64,000 nt of DNA. It comes from Candidatus Dormiibacterota bacterium. GTDB lineage: Bacteria > Chloroflexota > Dormibacteria > Aeolococcales > Aeolococcaceae. Where the stretch lies: the NCBI GenBank assembly GCA_963709585.1, contig CAVPXI010000005.1, positions 128,001 through 192,000 of the forward strand, given 5' to 3'. The translations under genes and the position numbers were made by a program. Within the stretch, counting starts at the first letter, position 1. Each line of letters starts with the position of its first letter. The notes below the pieces were generated by a model. That model made no database searches. It saw nothing but the letters and a program-made list of their open reading frames with translations, and had not been told where the DNA came from. Positions 20,771 through 29,456 of the stretch are shown here, piece by piece.

Positions 20771-21415
20771 CTACTTCGTGAAACCCTCGAGGGGACCGGG
20801 TAGAGCAGCTTCGGCGACCGCCTCGAGGCGCTTGATGTTCATGCGCACGAAGACCGCGCCGGCCACGATCACCACGACGGCGAGAGCTCCGAGCCCGAGC
20901 GCGACCGGCGTGCTCAGCGTCGCGATCACCCCACTTGCCAGATACGCGCCCACGCCGTAAAGCGTCGCCCACACGATTCCGCCCAGGGCATTGGCGACGA
21001 GAAAACGCGTCCAGTGCATCCGGTTGGTGCCGGCGAGAAAGGCTGCATACGTGCGCAGCACGGAGACGAACCGTCCGAAGAAGACAACCTTGGCGCCGTG
21101 GCGCATGAAGATGTACCGCCCCACCTTCAGCTTGGCCTCGTCGAGTCGGATGTACCTGCCGAAGCGGCGCAGGAGCGGATAGCCGCCATACCAGCCGATG
21201 CCGAAGCCGATGTTGTCTCCGACCACGGCGCCGATGATCGCCGCCGCGATGATCCCGACGATCGACAACTGATGCGTCGTGGCAGCGAACACCGCGGCGG
21301 TGATCAGCATCGTCTCCCCCGGGAGCGGGACCCCCAGGCTCTCGACACCCACGAAAAGCGCTACGGCGAAGTAGCCAATGCTCTGCAGCCAGCCGTAGAG
21401 ACCCTGTGCCGCCAT
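20771..21415 (-). CDS. dedA: DedA family membrane protein
   Basis: Motifs ESLGVPLPGE, GDNIGFGIG and VFFGRFVSVLRT. Confidence 0.93.
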   Translation of the reverse strand: MAAQGLYGWLQSIGYFAVALFVGVESLGVPLPGETMLITAAVFAATTHQLSIVGIIAAAIIGAVVGDNIGFGIGWYGGYPLLRRFGRYIRLDEAKLKVGRYIFMRHGAKVVFFGRFVSVLRTYAAFLAGTNRMHWTRFLVANALGGIVWATLYGVGAYLASGVIATLSTPVALGLGALAVVVIVAGAVFVRMNIKRLEAVAEAALPGPLEGFTK

Positions 21416-21420
21416 CCTGC

Positions 21421-22947
21421 TCAGACAGGCGGAACAGGATGGTGCCGCGAGACGTCCGCCCGATCTCTCGACCGGTAAGCGGCGAAGCGGCGGACCAACT
21501 CCGCGCGCAGTTCGGCCGGAAGGACCACGGCGTCGACGACGAGTTCCGACGCGAGCCGGAAGATGTCGATGTCATCGCGGTACTCGTCCTCGAGTCGTTT
21601 GACGAAGGCGGCCCGATCGTCTTCCGGCGTGTCCTGGATCTTGTTGTAGTAGACGGCGTTGATCGCTGCCTCCGGGCCCATCACCGCGATCTGCGCGCTG
21701 GGCAGAGCGAGGGTGCAGTCGGGTTCGAACGCCGGTCCGCTCATGGCGTACAGCCCGGCGCCGTACGCCTTGCGCAGGATCACCGAGACGCGCGGCACCT
21801 GCGCCTGCGCAAGCGCGGCGATCATCTTGGCGCCATGCCGGATGATCCCCTGGCGCTCGACGGCGGTTCCGATCATGAACCCGGGGACATCGGCGAGAAA
21901 CAAGAGAGGGACGTTGAACGCGTCGCAGCACGTGATGAAGCGCGTCGCCTTGTCCGCGGAATCCACGAAGAGCACGCCGCCCTTGAAGCGAGGCTGAGAG
22001 GCGAGGACTCCAACCGAGCGACCGTCGATTCGGGCGAAGCCGCAGACGATCTCACGCGCAAACAGGCGCTTGATCTCGAAGAATGACCCCTCGTCGATGA
22101 CCCCGTCGATGAACGCCATGACGTCGTAGCCTTTCGACGCCTCGGCAGGAATCACGTTGCTGATGTCCTCGCTTCCCGGCGCAACGTCGAGGGATGGCGC
22201 GACCGGTGGTGCATCCCGCCAGGACTGCGGCAGATATTCGAGGTAGCGCCGCGCCGCCACGATGGCCGCGTCCTCGTCGGCGACCAGCACGTCGCCGCAG
22301 CCGCTCACCGTGCAGTGCATGCGCGCGCCGCCCATCTCCTCGAGCGTCACATTCTCGCCGACGACCACTTCGGCCATGCGCGGCGAGCCAAGGTACATCG
22401 AGGCATTGCCCTCCACCATGATCACGATGTCGCAGAACGCCGGGATGTAGGCGCCGCCCGCGGCGCTCGGCCCGAAGAGCACGCACACCTGCGGGACCTG
22501 ACCGGAAAGTCGAACCTGCATATGGAAGATGCGGCCCGCATGGCGTCGCCCTGGGAACATCGCCACCTGTTCGGTGATGCGCGCCCCCGCTGAGTCGACG
22601 AGGTACACGAGTGGAATCTGCAGTCGCTCTGCGGTCTCCTGAATGCGGATGATCTTCTCGACGGTGCGCGGACCCCACGATCCGGCTTTGACCGTCGGGT
22701 CGTTGGCCATCACCGCACACGCCCTGCCGTGCATCACGCCGATACCGGTGACGACCCCCTCAGCCGCCAGTTCCGGATTCTCCGTGCCCGCGAGGAGCCC
22801 ATCCTCGATGAACTCCGCACCCAGGTCGAAGACACGCGCGATCCGTTCGCGGGGCATCAACTTGTTCTGGGTCGCCAGTTTGTCTCGATGCCGTTGCGGG
22901 CCACCGGCTCGCGCTCGTTCCAGCCGCTCGGGGACAGCCTCAGCCAA
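21421..22947 (-). CDS. Acyl-CoA carboxylase carboxyltransferase subunit (methylcrotonyl-CoA carboxylase beta-like)
   Basis: Motifs NDPTVKAGSW, VDSAGARI, AAGGAYIP, DVPGFMIG and RKAYGAG. TTG start overlaps the hmgL stop. Confidence 0.92.
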   Translation of the reverse strand: MAEAVPERLERARAGGPQRHRDKLATQNKLMPRERIARVFDLGAEFIEDGLLAGTENPELAAEGVVTGIGVMHGRACAVMANDPTVKAGSWGPRTVEKIIRIQETAERLQIPLVYLVDSAGARITEQVAMFPGRRHAGRIFHMQVRLSGQVPQVCVLFGPSAAGGAYIPAFCDIVIMVEGNASMYLGSPRMAEVVVGENVTLEEMGGARMHCTVSGCGDVLVADEDAAIVAARRYLEYLPQSWRDAPPVAPSLDVAPGSEDISNVIPAEASKGYDVMAFIDGVIDEGSFFEIKRLFAREIVCGFARIDGRSVGVLASQPRFKGGVLFVDSADKATRFITCCDAFNVPLLFLADVPGFMIGTAVERQGIIRHGAKMIAALAQAQVPRVSVILRKAYGAGLYAMSGPAFEPDCTLALPSAQIAVMGPEAAINAVYYNKIQDTPEDDRAAFVKRLEDEYRDDIDIFRLASELVVDAVVLPAELRAELVRRFAAYRSRDRADVSRHHPVPPV

Positions 22948-23866
22948 CGCTCGTCTCCGCGACCGTCTCCTGGGGCTCGCCACTCCAGATTCCCGCGCGG
23001 TAGAGCTTGCCCGGAAGGTCGCGGCGGAGATCGGACGCGAGCATCTCCGCCACCGCGCACATCGCGGCGAGGTCGATGCCGGTCACGGCTCCGAGTGCAT
23101 GCAGCGCCTGCAGCGCGTCCTCGGTGCAGACGTTGCCGGTCGAGCGCGGCGCGAAGGGGCAACCACCGACACCACCAACCGAACCGTCGAAACGGCGAAC
23201 CCCGGAGTCGAATGCGGCGATCACGTTGGCAACGCCGAGCCCGCGCGTGTCGTGCACGTGCAGCGACAGCCGGTCGATCGGCACGGACATGGCTGCGAGC
23301 GCGCACATCGCGGTGACATCGACAGGAGTTGCCACGCCGATCGTGTCGGCGACACCCACCTCCGCGGCACCGCGCGCAACCAGATCCGCGCACAACTCGA
23401 CGACCCGCGCCGGCGCGACCCTTCCCTCGAATGGACAGCCGAAACTCACCGAAACGGCGACGTCGACGATGCAGGCGCGCTCGCCGGCGAGCTCGACGAT
23501 GTGCGAGATCTCGTCGAGCGACTCGTTCACACTGCGATTGACGTTGCGCCGATTGAACGAGTTGGTCGCGGCGATGGTGACGAGCACATTTCGCACCCCG
23601 TGCGCGAGCGCAAGCTCGAGGCCGCGGAGGTTGGGGATAAGCACGCGCAGCCGCGCAAGCTCACCCTGCAGTCCGGCGATCACCGCGGGTGCATCCGCCA
23701 GTTGCGGGACCCAGCTCGGCGAAACGAACGACGTTGCCTCGACACGCGGCACACCTGCATCGAGCAGCCCGCGAACCAGCCGGATCTTCGCTTCGGTGCT
23801 CAGGGTGTCGGCGATGTTCTGGAGGCCGTCACGAGGAGCGACGTCGGTCCAGAGCACCTCGTTCAC
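22940..23866 (-). CDS. hmgL: Hydroxymethylglutaryl-CoA lyase
   Basis: Motifs PRDGLQN, SFVSPSWVPQLAD, ADTIG, HVHDTRG and GGCPFAP..GNVCTED. Confidence 0.93.
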   Translation of the reverse strand: MNEVLWTDVAPRDGLQNIADTLSTEAKIRLVRGLLDAGVPRVEATSFVSPSWVPQLADAPAVIAGLQGELARLRVLIPNLRGLELALAHGVRNVLVTIAATNSFNRRNVNRSVNESLDEISHIVELAGERACIVDVAVSVSFGCPFEGRVAPARVVELCADLVARGAAEVGVADTIGVATPVDVTAMCALAAMSVPIDRLSLHVHDTRGLGVANVIAAFDSGVRRFDGSVGGVGGCPFAPRSTGNVCTEDALQALHALGAVTGIDLAAMCAVAEMLASDLRRDLPGKLYRAGIWSGEPQETVAETSVG

Positions 23867-23940
23867 GCGGTATGGCCTCCCAGGGATGAGCGCTGCCCCT
23901 TCACCGTAGCAAACCCGAGGGCTACACTCTCGCCAAGCCG

Positions 23941-24618
23941 ATGCCGCGGTTCCGCGTTCCCGACTACATCCGAACCACCTTCGCGGTCAGCGATTGGCGC
24001 GCTTTCCGCCTGTGCGGCATGGACGAGGTCGGTCGCGGCGCGTATGCCGGCCCGCTGGTTGCCGCCGCGGTGGTGCTGCCACAGCGCTTCCGTCACCCGT
24101 TGCTCCGCGACAGCAAGTTGCTGACCGCAAAGCAGCGCGAGCTGGTTGGAGCGGTGCTTCGGGAGCGGGCGGTGGCCTGGGCGGTCGCCGAGGTGAGCGT
24201 GGACGACATCAACGCGCGCGGTCTCGGGTGGGCGAACGTCGAGATCTTCCGGAGGCTGGTCGACGCCGTCGACGCCGACGGGTACTGCTGTGACGGCAAC
24301 CTGCGCATCCCGGTGTCGCGTCCGCTTCACTCACTGGTCGCCGGCGACCGCAAGGTGCCGGCGGTCTCGGCTGCGTCGATCATCGCCAAGGTCCATCGCG
24401 ACGCGCTGATGACCCGCATGCACGACGACGCGCCTCACTACAACTGGGCGAGCAACAAGGGGTATGGCGCCCCCGAGCACCGAGCGGCAATCCGAGAATA
24501 CGGTCCACACCCAGCGCACCGGCGCGTCTTCCTCGCGTCAGTCATGCAGACCGAGCTCGACCTGACGGGAGCCGTTGCTCAGTGCGCCGTCTCAGCCCCC
24601 GGAGTGGGAGCCGGCTGA
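23941..24618 (+). CDS. rnhB: Ribonuclease HII
   Basis: Motifs GMDEVGRG, RDSKLL, DGN, GD..V.AVSAASIIAKV.RD, NKGY and HRR. Confidence 0.95.
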   Translation: MPRFRVPDYIRTTFAVSDWRAFRLCGMDEVGRGAYAGPLVAAAVVLPQRFRHPLLRDSKLLTAKQRELVGAVLRERAVAWAVAEVSVDDINARGLGWANVEIFRRLVDAVDADGYCCDGNLRIPVSRPLHSLVAGDRKVPAVSAASIIAKVHRDALMTRMHDDAPHYNWASNKGYGAPEHRAAIREYGPHPAHRRVFLASVMQTELDLTGAVAQCAVSAPGVGAG

Positions 24619-24625
24619 CCCTCGG

Positions 24626-24853
24626 TCAGTTGGCGCCGCAGCCGCAGCTGCCGCCGCAGCAACCGCCACCGCCGCTCACCCCGGGGGAATCGTCCGACCC
24701 GGAGCCGGCGTGGACCGCCACCCGGCTGATGAGCGGCATGCTGGCCCGGCTCTCGCAGCTCGGACAGACGGCGGCGACTTCACGATCGGCCATCGGGCGG
24801 AGCAGCTCGAACACGGCCGAGCAGTCGTTGCAGCGGTATTCGTACAGAGGCAT
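24626..24853 (-). CDS. FmdB-family zinc-ribbon protein with Cys/Gly-rich tail
   Basis: MPLYEYRCNDC..FE..CPSC..GGGGCCGGSCGC. Confidence 0.9.
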   Translation of the reverse strand: MPLYEYRCNDCSAVFELLRPMADREVAAVCPSCESRASMPLISRVAVHAGSGSDDSPGVSGGGGCCGGSCGCGAN

Positions 24854-24883
24854 TGGCACAAGCGTACGCACGATCACGACGAT

Positions 24884-24913
24884 TTGACAAGTCGAACATC
24901 CGTTCGGTACACT
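24884..24913 (+). promoter_or_regulatory. Sigma70 promoter with a perfect LexA (SOS) box in the spacer
   Basis: TTGACA(24884)-N18-TACACT(24908). CGAAC-ATCC-GTTCG at 24893-24906. ATG 6 nt after the -10 (leaderless). Confidence 0.85.
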
Positions 24914-24919
24914 CGACCC

Positions 24920-25234
24920 ATGCCCATCCGCACCATCGAGCTTCAACTCCCGCTCGACGCCGATGAGGCCGGATCGCTCGCTCGGCGTCGCGTCACCCAT
25001 CTCGCGACGGTCGACGGGCTCGATCCGGCCGCCTTCGTCAAGTTGATCCGATTCTTTCCGTCACTGCGGGCAATCTACGGCGCATCCGAGGCTGAGCTGG
25101 CCCGGCTCGTCGGGCCTGTGGCAGCCGCACGCATCAGATGGTTTCTCGACGCACCGCTGGACACGGCGCTTGCTCGCGAGGCCTCACCGATCAACCTTCG
25201 AGACATCGCGCCCCCGCTTTCCTCCGCCGCCTGA
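24920..25234 (+). CDS. Standalone tandem helix-hairpin-helix (HhH)2 protein, 104 aa
   Basis: LATVDGLDPAAFVKLIRFFPSLRAIYGASEAELARLVGPVAAARIRWFL resembles UvrC/XPF C-terminal (HhH)2. Strong promoter directly upstream. Confidence 0.78.
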   Translation: MPIRTIELQLPLDADEAGSLARRRVTHLATVDGLDPAAFVKLIRFFPSLRAIYGASEAELARLVGPVAAARIRWFLDAPLDTALAREASPINLRDIAPPLSSAA

Positions 25235-25286
25235 CCTGTCACCGGCCCTGCGTATACGGAGCGTTGAACAGTGCAGGCGACGTAGA

Positions 25287-25324
25287 ATCAATCTTTTGGT
25301 GCCATATCAATCGCTTGGCGCCAT
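25287..25324 (+). repeat. 19-bp imperfect tandem repeat in an intergenic region
   Basis: ATCAATCTTTTGGTGCCAT / ATCAATCGCTTGGCGCCAT (16/19 identical), flanked by inverted GCGACGTA...TACGTCGC. Confidence 0.7.
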
Positions 25325-25356
25325 ACGTCGCAGGTGAGAACGGAGGTTGTTGCAGC

Positions 25357-25981
25357 ATGCGGAGTCGACGTTCGAGAGCCGCCCTGCTTGACCGCGGTCG
25401 CGCGGCAGATACGATCAGTGATCTTGCCGATCACGCGGTGACACTGGCGCGCGGTGCAGGGAGCGCGGCGCTTCCGACTGTGCAGCGCGGCGCGGAAGGA
25501 TTGAGCCAGGTCCTCCAGACGGCGGCCGGTACCCTGGCGGATACCGCCGGGCAGATCGCCTCAGACGAGAAGGTCGTCGCGGCGAGCAACGCCGCTCGTG
25601 AACGGATCGCAGACGTGTCAGGCAAGCTGAGCAGCGCCGTCCGCCCGAAGAAGAAGACACATCGCGTGCGCAATCTCCTGATCGGAGCGGCCGTGGTCGG
25701 CGGAGTGTTCGCGCTCATCCAGTCGCCGCTCCGCGCCAAGATCCAGGAGCGCCTCTTCGGCCCGCCGCCATCCGATGATGACGATCTTCCGCAGATCACC
25801 CTGCCCGACGATGATCCTCATGTCGAGATCACCGATCTGACCAAGGCATCGAAGTCCGAGGCCGACGCGGCAACCGACGTCGTCGGTACCCCGGTGGTCG
25901 CCGAGTTCGACGTCGCGCGCCGGACGAGGCCACGGTCACAACCACGACGAACCCACCGACAACCAGGAGACCAATGCCTGA
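25357..25981 (+). CDS. Hypothetical single-TM protein (probable frameshift near 25920)
   Basis: GGAGG SD. Ala-rich helical N-terminus, KKK followed by a TM helix, and an acidic tail. The alternative frame ends at a TGA overlapping the next ATG. Confidence 0.65.
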
Positions 25982-26591
25982 CGACCGCCCCTATCAGGGT
26001 CGTCCATCTTCGGACCGTCCCTCGTTCTCCGGCCCCCGGCAGTTCTCGGGCCCTCGACCCAATTTCAACAACAACGATTCCCGCCCGCCCTACCGACCGG
26101 CGCCGCGGGTCGAGGTTCCAGCCGCGCCGATCGCCCACTCGCTGCGGCTTCGCGACGGTGAGCGCGAGATCGAAGTGAGTGGATCAGCGGCGTTCGTCCG
26201 CCAGGTCCTCGACGACCTTCCCGCGATGTGGACGCGCCTGCACGGCGAAGGGTCGACGCGGCCCGCTCGGATCGACCTCCCCGCACGCAGTGAGGCCCCC
26301 GCTCCTGCGCCGGCAGAGCATCGCAATCACGTGCCCGAGAGTGCGCCCGAGCCGGCGAGGACGGCGGTGTCCGCTGCCCCTTCAAACGGCAAGCACACGG
26401 CAACTCGCAGCACCCCGGATGACAAGGTGCTGGCGGTCCTCAAGGACTCGACGCGGCCCCTCGCCGTCGCCGCCATCCGGAAGCGTCTCGGTGGCAGCTT
26501 CACGCCCCAGCAGGTCCGCCGCATCCTCGAGCGGAACGCGCCGAAGGTGTCGGTCACGGACGAGCGGCCGGCCACCTACCGTCTGCGCTGA
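25974..26591 (+). CDS. Hypothetical protein with C-terminal winged-helix-like domain
   Basis: AGGAG SD. LRLRDGEREIEVSGSAAFV module, then DKVLAVLKDSTRPLAVAAIRKRL..TPQQVRRILER..ERPATYRL. Confidence 0.75.
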   Translation: MPDDRPYQGRPSSDRPSFSGPRQFSGPRPNFNNNDSRPPYRPAPRVEVPAAPIAHSLRLRDGEREIEVSGSAAFVRQVLDDLPAMWTRLHGEGSTRPARIDLPARSEAPAPAPAEHRNHVPESAPEPARTAVSAAPSNGKHTATRSTPDDKVLAVLKDSTRPLAVAAIRKRLGGSFTPQQVRRILERNAPKVSVTDERPATYRLR

Positions 26592-26679
26592 CGTCGCAGC
26601 GGCCTGAGCCGGTACGCTTCAGGCCCGGGCTCGAGGTTTCCTGCCGTGCTCATAATTGAGCGGGCAGGGAACTGAAATC

Positions 26680-27147
26680 ATGCGCTGTCCACTCCGCGTC
26701 CTCATGATCGTGCTGCTCGTCTGCATGACCGCCTGCGGATCGGCTGCGGCCGACGGAGGCCCGACCGGCTCGGGCAGCCCGGCGCCCACTCCATACCCCA
26801 CCCCGGTCGGCGGCCTCGGCCACCGTCCATCGACGCCGGTGAGGATCACCCTGCTCGCCCCCACAAATCGGGAGGTCGTCCGTGGCACCACGCTGGTCGT
26901 CAAGGTGTCGGTCACCGGCGGGGTGGTGACCACGGTGACCACCGGCGACATCACCCCCACCAAGGGTCACGTCCACCTCTACCTGAACAACCAGCTCATC
27001 CTCATGAGCTACACCCTGTCGCAGCCGATCACCGTCAAGCCCGGCCTCGAGTACTCGATGTACGCGGAGTTCGTCGCCCAGGACCACTTCCCGTTCGAAC
27101 CCCGGGATGTCACCCCGACGATCTTCTTCACCGTCGCGCCGGGCTGA
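26680..27147 (+). CDS. Putative lipoprotein with Ig-like domain and GHVH motif (DUF4399/DUF6130-like)
   Basis: Signal ending MTACG. ITLLAPTNREVV, KGHVHLYLN and AEFVAQDHFPF. Confidence 0.7.
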   Translation: MRCPLRVLMIVLLVCMTACGSAAADGGPTGSGSPAPTPYPTPVGGLGHRPSTPVRITLLAPTNREVVRGTTLVVKVSVTGGVVTTVTTGDITPTKGHVHLYLNNQLILMSYTLSQPITVKPGLEYSMYAEFVAQDHFPFEPRDVTPTIFFTVAPG

Positions 27148-27159
27148 CCGAGAGCGGCG

Positions 27160-27675
27160 TTGATCGCGCACATCGTCGGCAGCCTCCCGCTGCCGCTGCA
27201 ATGGGCGCTGGCGCTGCTGATCTTCGGTGGCGGCCTCCTGGTCTTCGCGGTGCGGCGGAGCGCGCTCCGGATCGCCGGAGGCGCGGCCGCCGTCTGTGGC
27301 GCCGGCGGCCTGCTCGCAAGCTGGGTGCTCAGCCCCGCGCTGCTGGCGGCGGCACCGTACGCTGTGCGCATCGTGTCGCCCGCACCCGGAGCCGAAGTCG
27401 GCGCGCCGCTGACGCTCACGGTGTGCGGAGTGCCGGCGTCCGGCGGGCTGGTTCCGGCCACGTCCGCCCAGTACTACCTCGCGATCATCGTCGACGGCGT
27501 CCAGGCGCCGACCGTGGATGTCTGGCACGTCCCCGTCGAACTCTCCTCCGGGCGGCACACCGTCGAGGTGGAGCTCGTATCGCCCAACCATCAGGCGTTC
27601 AATCCACCGGCGACCTTCAAGGAGACCATCACCGTGGTTGCGGGCGCGGCTGCCGCCGGACCGGGTTCCTGTTGA
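27160..27675 (+). CDS. Membrane-anchored Ig-like protein, paralogue of the upstream gene
   Basis: Two TM helices, then VRIVSPAPGAEV..LAIIVDG..GRHTVEVELVSPNHQAF. Confidence 0.7.
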   Translation: MIAHIVGSLPLPLQWALALLIFGGGLLVFAVRRSALRIAGGAAAVCGAGGLLASWVLSPALLAAAPYAVRIVSPAPGAEVGAPLTLTVCGVPASGGLVPATSAQYYLAIIVDGVQAPTVDVWHVPVELSSGRHTVEVELVSPNHQAFNPPATFKETITVVAGAAAAGPGSC

Positions 27676-28373
27676 CGGACGACCGCCACGCGCACATCCT
27701 CGTCGTCGAAGACGACACGGCGCTGCGCGAGATCCTCGCCGGCGCCCTCAACGCGGCCGGGTATGAGACATCCCTCGCCGCCCACGGCATCACTGCGTCG
27801 CAGATGCTCCGCGACGCCGGCACGATCGACATCGTCCTGCTCGATATCGGCCTTCCCTTCGTCGACGGCTGGCAGATCCTCGAACAGATGGACAGTCACC
27901 AGCGCCCCGCGGTCATCGTGATCAGCGCTCGAGGCGAGGAGACCGACAAAGTTCGCGCCCTCGACCTCGGAGCGGACGACTACCTTGCCAAGCCCTTCGG
28001 GGCGGACGAATTGCTCGCCCGGGTACGCGCTGTGCTGCGCAGGGTCAGACCGCCAGACAGCGCTGGGGGCATCGTCGTCCAGGGCAGTGTCCGCATCGAC
28101 CTCGGCGCGCGCTCGGTAACCCGCGGCGGCTTGGAGGTGCGACTTTCCCCAACCGAGTGGCGGCTGCTCGCAGAGCTGGCCCGCAACGCAGGGGCCACGA
28201 TCGACCACCGCACGCTGCTCCAGCACGTCTGGGGACCGCAGCACGCGGACGAGTTGAACTACCTCCGCACATTCGCGCAGCGCCTCCGGGTCAAGCTCGA
28301 GGAGGATCCGGCGCACCCCGAGATCGTGGTGACGGTTGGACGCCAGGGGTACCGATTCGGGCCACCTCGTTGA
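27672..28373 (+). CDS. kdpE: OmpR-family response regulator (KdpE-like)
   Basis: Motifs ILVVEDD, LLDIGLP..DG, ISARGEETDKVRALDLGADDYLAKPF and VWGP..NYLR..LRVKLEEDPAHP. TTG start overlaps the upstream stop. Confidence 0.88.
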   Translation: MTDDRHAHILVVEDDTALREILAGALNAAGYETSLAAHGITASQMLRDAGTIDIVLLDIGLPFVDGWQILEQMDSHQRPAVIVISARGEETDKVRALDLGADDYLAKPFGADELLARVRAVLRRVRPPDSAGGIVVQGSVRIDLGARSVTRGGLEVRLSPTEWRLLAELARNAGATIDHRTLLQHVWGPQHADELNYLRTFAQRLRVKLEEDPAHPEIVVTVGRQGYRFGPPR

Positions 28374-28398
28374 TGCTCCGTTGACGGCGTCATTGAGA
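28370..28398 (+). promoter_or_regulatory. Phased direct repeats (candidate KdpE site) upstream of the DUF4118 gene
   Basis: TTGATG(28370), TTGACG(28381) and TTGAGA(28393), with 11-12 bp phasing. Confidence 0.45.
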
Positions 28399-28485
28399 TC
28401 ATGGCGTGCGATGGCGTCGAATCTGTCCAGCGGAGCTTGAAGTGCGGTTGTCGAACGGCCGTATAGAGGCGGCATCGAGCCCCTC

Positions 28486-29298
28486 GTGGTGACGATGCGC
28501 CCGAGCGCGACGCCCTCCAACCGCAGCGGTCCCCGCCGGGCGATTGCCGCCACGATCCTGTCGGCGGCGGTGCTCGTCGCTGCGGTCGCTGTGCCCGTCG
28601 CACTCGCACTCGCACTCCTCCCGTTCCGCAGCCAGGCGCCCGCCGCCACCGTTGCGCTCGGCTTTGCCGTCCTCGTGTCGTTGCTTGCGGCCGCCGGGAC
28701 GCGTCTCTCAGGACTTATCGCTGCTGTGTCAGCGGCCCTCTGCTACGACATCGGCTTCACCCAGCCGTATGGATCACTGGTGATCTCGCATCCGCAGGAC
28801 ATCGAGACGACAGCTCTCCTGCTCGTCGGTGGCCTCATCGTCAGCCAGCTCTCGGCGCGAAATCGCTCACACCGAAGACTCGCCGTGCAGCAGCGCGAGG
28901 ACCTTGCGCACGTCCAGGCAATCGCGGAGCTGATGGCTGCCGGCGCCGGACCGGACGAGGTTGTCGTAGCCGTCGCCGACGAGCTGCGCAGCCTGCTCGG
29001 TTTGCGCGAGTGCTGGTTCGACACGTCGCTACCGGAGCGACCAGGTCCAACCATCGACCGGAACGGCAACGTGAGCTGGGGGCGGATCTGGTGGGGCGTT
29101 GACACGCTCGGACTCCCCGGCAAGGAGATCACAATCGAGGTCGAGCACGATGTGCGACGCCTCGGCCGTTACGTGCTGGTTGCCGAGGCCGGCACCAAGG
29201 TGCGGCGCGATCAACTTCTGGCCGCTGTCACCCTGGCCGACCAGGCCGGAGCGGCGCTGGGAGCCGGTGCTTCATCTGTGGCCCTCGCGCATCGCTGA
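28486..29298 (+). CDS. Standalone KdpD-type membrane sensor module (DUF4118 + GAF-like), no kinase
   Basis: Four TM helices with AAVSAALCYDIGFTQPYGSLVI..DIETTALLLV, followed by a GAF-like domain. No HisKA. Confidence 0.8.
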   Translation: MVTMRPSATPSNRSGPRRAIAATILSAAVLVAAVAVPVALALALLPFRSQAPAATVALGFAVLVSLLAAAGTRLSGLIAAVSAALCYDIGFTQPYGSLVISHPQDIETTALLLVGGLIVSQLSARNRSHRRLAVQQREDLAHVQAIAELMAAGAGPDEVVVAVADELRSLLGLRECWFDTSLPERPGPTIDRNGNVSWGRIWWGVDTLGLPGKEITIEVEHDVRRLGRYVLVAEAGTKVRRDQLLAAVTLADQAGAALGAGASSVALAHR

Positions 29299-29316
29299 GT
29301 TGGTTCAACGAATTCA

Positions 29317-29344
29317 TTGACGGGTTGTTGACGCTGCGTTGACG
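29317..29344 (+). promoter_or_regulatory. Three TTGACG direct repeats at 11-bp period upstream of the kdp operon
   Basis: TTGACG at 29317, 29328 and 29339, the typical geometry of OmpR-family operators. Confidence 0.65.
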
Positions 29345-29368
29345 CAACCGATTGAATACTTGTATCCC

Positions 29369-29455
29369 ATGCCACTCGATCTGCTCGTCCTTCTGTGCTT
29401 CATCGGGATGATCGTCGCGGCATATCTGTTCACGGACGGTATGCGGAGGATCTGA
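29369..29455 (+). CDS. Small hydrophobic Kdp-associated peptide (KdpZ-like), 28 aa
   Basis: MPLDLLVLLCFIGMIVAAYLFTDGMRRI*, immediately before kdpF. Below the ORF-track cutoff. Confidence 0.75.
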   Translation: MPLDLLVLLCFIGMIVAAYLFTDGMRRI

Positions 29456-29456
29456 C

